Source of the DNA: the human T2T-CHM13v2.0 reference genome, Homo sapiens
Assembly: GCF_009914755.1 (NCBI RefSeq)
Contig: NC_060936.1
Strand: one strand, 5' to 3'
Length of the DNA: 64,000 nucleotides
The notes beneath the pieces were generated by a model. The model made no database searches. It had not been told where the DNA came from and saw only the letters and a list, made by a program, of their open reading frames with translations. The position numbers and the translations under genes are program-made. Each line of letters starts with the position of its first letter. Positions within the stretch are counted from its first letter, which is position 1. This document shows positions 60,310 to 64,000 of the stretch, piece after piece.

Positions 60310-61420
60310 CACATGTGAATAGACGACAACAGTAGCACAAAGAATGGGAGGTGACGTAAAGGGAATTATCCTTCTTCCATTATACATAAAGTGGTATAAT
60401 ATTAACCCAAAGTAGACTGTGATAAATTAAAAATACATATTGTAATCCCCACAGCAACCACAAAAAAAAATCTACAAAAGTGTATCATATAAACAGGCCA
60501 GGCGCAGTGGCTCATACCTGTAATTCCAACACTTTGGGAGGCTGATTCAGGAAGATTAGCCCAGGAGTTTGAGACCAGCCTCGGCAACATAGCAAGACTC
60601 CTGTCTCCACAAAAATAAAAACAAAAATTAAAAATATTTAAAACCCCCCCCACACAAAGAAAAATATATAATCACATTATAATGAGATGATAGAGGAAAT
60701 AAAGTGAAATAATAAAAATATTCAATACAAAAGAAAGTAAGCAAGCAAGAGCAAAGGAACAGAAAATAAGTGGGATCAATAGAAAACAAATAGCAAAATG
60801 GTAGACTTAAACCGAGCTATATCAGGAGTTACTACATTGGACTAAACACTAAAAAGGCAGAGATTGTCAAACTAGATTAATAAGCCATCCCCAACTATAA
60901 GCTGCTTAAAGCGACATACTTTAAATAGAGAGACACAGACAAGCGGGACAGGTTGCAAGTAAAAATATAAATGGTATATACACTAAGGAGAAGAAAACTG
61001 AGGTGGTTAATATCAAAGAAGACTTCAAGACAGGGAGGATTACCAGAAAAAAAAAAGACAGAAATTTTATAATGACAAAAGACTCAATTTATCAAGAACA
61101 CATAGCAATTAATTATGAGTATGCAGCTAATGAGAAAATTTCAAAATACGTGAAGCAAAAATAGACAGAACTAAAGAAGAGAAATAGACACACTCACAAC
61201 TATAATTGGAGATTTCCCTTACACTAATTTATAGACCATGAAGACAAAAGAAGCCCCTCAAAATATAAAAGATTTGAACAATATTATCAGCCAACTAGAT
61301 ATAATTGATATTTATCAGCCACTGCATTTTATAGCTGCAAAGTATACATTCTTCCAAGTGCAAATTCAGTCAAAATGGACTCCATGTTGGGCCACGAAAC
61401 AAGTCTCAGTAAATTTCATA
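60310..61420 (+). mobile_element. Ancient L1M inter-ORF region and ORF2 endonuclease fragment
   Basis: 'atggtagacttaaacc...ggactaaacac...aaaaggcagagattgtca'; peptide QNIKDLNNIISQLDIIDIYQPLH..AAKYTFF (L1 EN domain). Confidence 0.8.
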
Positions 61421-61517
61421 GAATATCTATTGCAAGTAATTATTATTAAAATGAGGGTGAGGGTTAACTATTTGTCTCATAATCTCTGGTTCTATGACTC
61501 CTCCTACTCAAATGTGA

Positions 61518-61883
<366 letters not shown>

Positions 61884-61886
61884 TAA

Positions 61887-62126
<240 letters not shown>

Positions 62127-62434
62127 TGAATTATTGAAGAAGAATTTGTGACGAATGATAAGAGCTTGAACTTGATCTCCCTTTTTGGGTTCTGCAGTTC
62201 CCTATTCTCAGAAAACACAGTCTTCCACCTGAAGCGTGTCACCATATGATTTGTACGCCAGCACATGTGTTGCTTAAGATTTTCTAAAATAATCTCCATT
62301 GCCACTGAGGACAATGAACTTCTGCAAAAGTGAATCTGTCAATCAGGGATCCTCTCTTCAGAGCCCTTAGCTTGTTACTCAGCTCATTTCTGGAGTTGAG
62401 GGAAACATTGGTGTCCACATATTAAATAAATACT

Positions 62435-62588
62435 GCAGGGGCTCCCAAATTGGAGTTCACTGGCCCTACTGGGAGGGTTTGCCTGAAAATGTGTGCTGAT
62501 GGCATTTTCCTGGGAAAATAACTGCCAGCTTTCATCAGATTCTCAAGAGATAGGAGTTTTGACTTCTAAAATGCTAAAAGTCTATTGC
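62435..62588. mobile_element. MER103-like hAT MITE
   Basis: 'gcattttcctggga...agctttcatcagattctcaagag'. Confidence 0.5.
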
Positions 62589-62906
62589 ATTAACTTTTCA
62601 AGATGCCAAAACAACTTCACATCTTAGCCCTACAGAGAACCCTAAAGCTGCATTTCTGTTTTTGCATCTGTAACGTAGGGTTGTATATATATACATATAT
62701 CTCCAACAGGCCGTATGCAGTGTCTCACACCTGTATTCCCAGTACTTTGGGAGGCCGAGGCAGGAGGATGGCTTAAGCCCAGGAGTTCGAGACCAACCTG
62801 GGCAACATGGTGAGACCCCATCTCTACAAAAAATGTAAAAATTAGCTCGGCATGGTGGTGCCTGCCTGCAGTCCCAGCTACTTGGGAGGTTGAGGCAGGA
62901 GGATCA

Positions 62907-63041
<135 letters not shown>

Positions 63042-63251
63042 CTAGGCAGCAACCCTAGCTTCCACTCAACACTTTTGCCAGGTTCATTTATTAATATCCT
63101 GCATAATCAAACTCTAGAGACAATAGTTGGGGAAATGCTAGCTTAGAAAGTTTACTTGTTGGCCGGTCACGGTGAATCATGCCTGTAATCGTAGCACTTT
63201 AGGAGGCCGAGGCTGGAAGATCACTTGAGCTAAGTAAGGAGTTTGAGATCA

Positions 63252-63585
<334 letters not shown>

Positions 63586-63787
63586 AATTTATTTACATTA
63601 AAAAAAAAATAGTCCAGGCGTGGTGGTTCATGCCTGTAATCCCAGCAATTTGGGAGGCCGAGGCAGGCATATCACCTGAGGTCACGAGTTTGAGACCAGC
63701 CTGGCCAACATGGTGAAACCCCATCTCTACTAAAAATGCAAAAATTAACCCTGTGCGATGGCGTGGGCCTGTAATCCCAGCTACTCA

Positions 63788-63913
<126 letters not shown>

Positions 63914-64000
63914 TTAAAAAAAAAGAAAGTTCAGGCTGGGTGTAGTGGCTCAGGCCTGTAATCCCAGCACTTTGGGAGGCCAAGGCGGGTGGATCACCTG

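Overview
Primate, most likely human, genomic DNA from an extremely Alu-dense intergenic or deep-intronic region. By eye it holds about 100 Alu copies or fragments, plus L1, L2, MIR, LTR (MaLR/MST, MER39-like, LTR33) and DNA-transposon (MER44, MER6, MER103-like) relics. No intact protein-coding gene, CpG island or CRISPR array is visible, and nearly every ORF in the track is Alu- or L1-derived. Non-TE items I recognise are retrocopies of cellular RNAs: a full-length RPS27 processed pseudogene, U6, Y1 and 5S pseudogenes, and a 26-nt polyadenylated 5' fragment of tRNA-Glu. Structural oddities include a twin-primed 5'-inverted L1PA, an L1MC-type 3' end with fresh-looking TSDs inside an apparently younger L1PB, and a polyadenylated MER51-type LTR fragment. 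There is also a near zero-spacer inverted Alu hairpin, repeated reuse of the same insertion sites, and a 20-bp triplication in MER6 that gives three phased ETS motifs. A few repeat-free islands carry candidate regulatory motifs and splice signals. I cannot support a new biological system here. Repeat subfamily names come from recalled consensus sequences and need RepeatMasker/Dfam confirmation.
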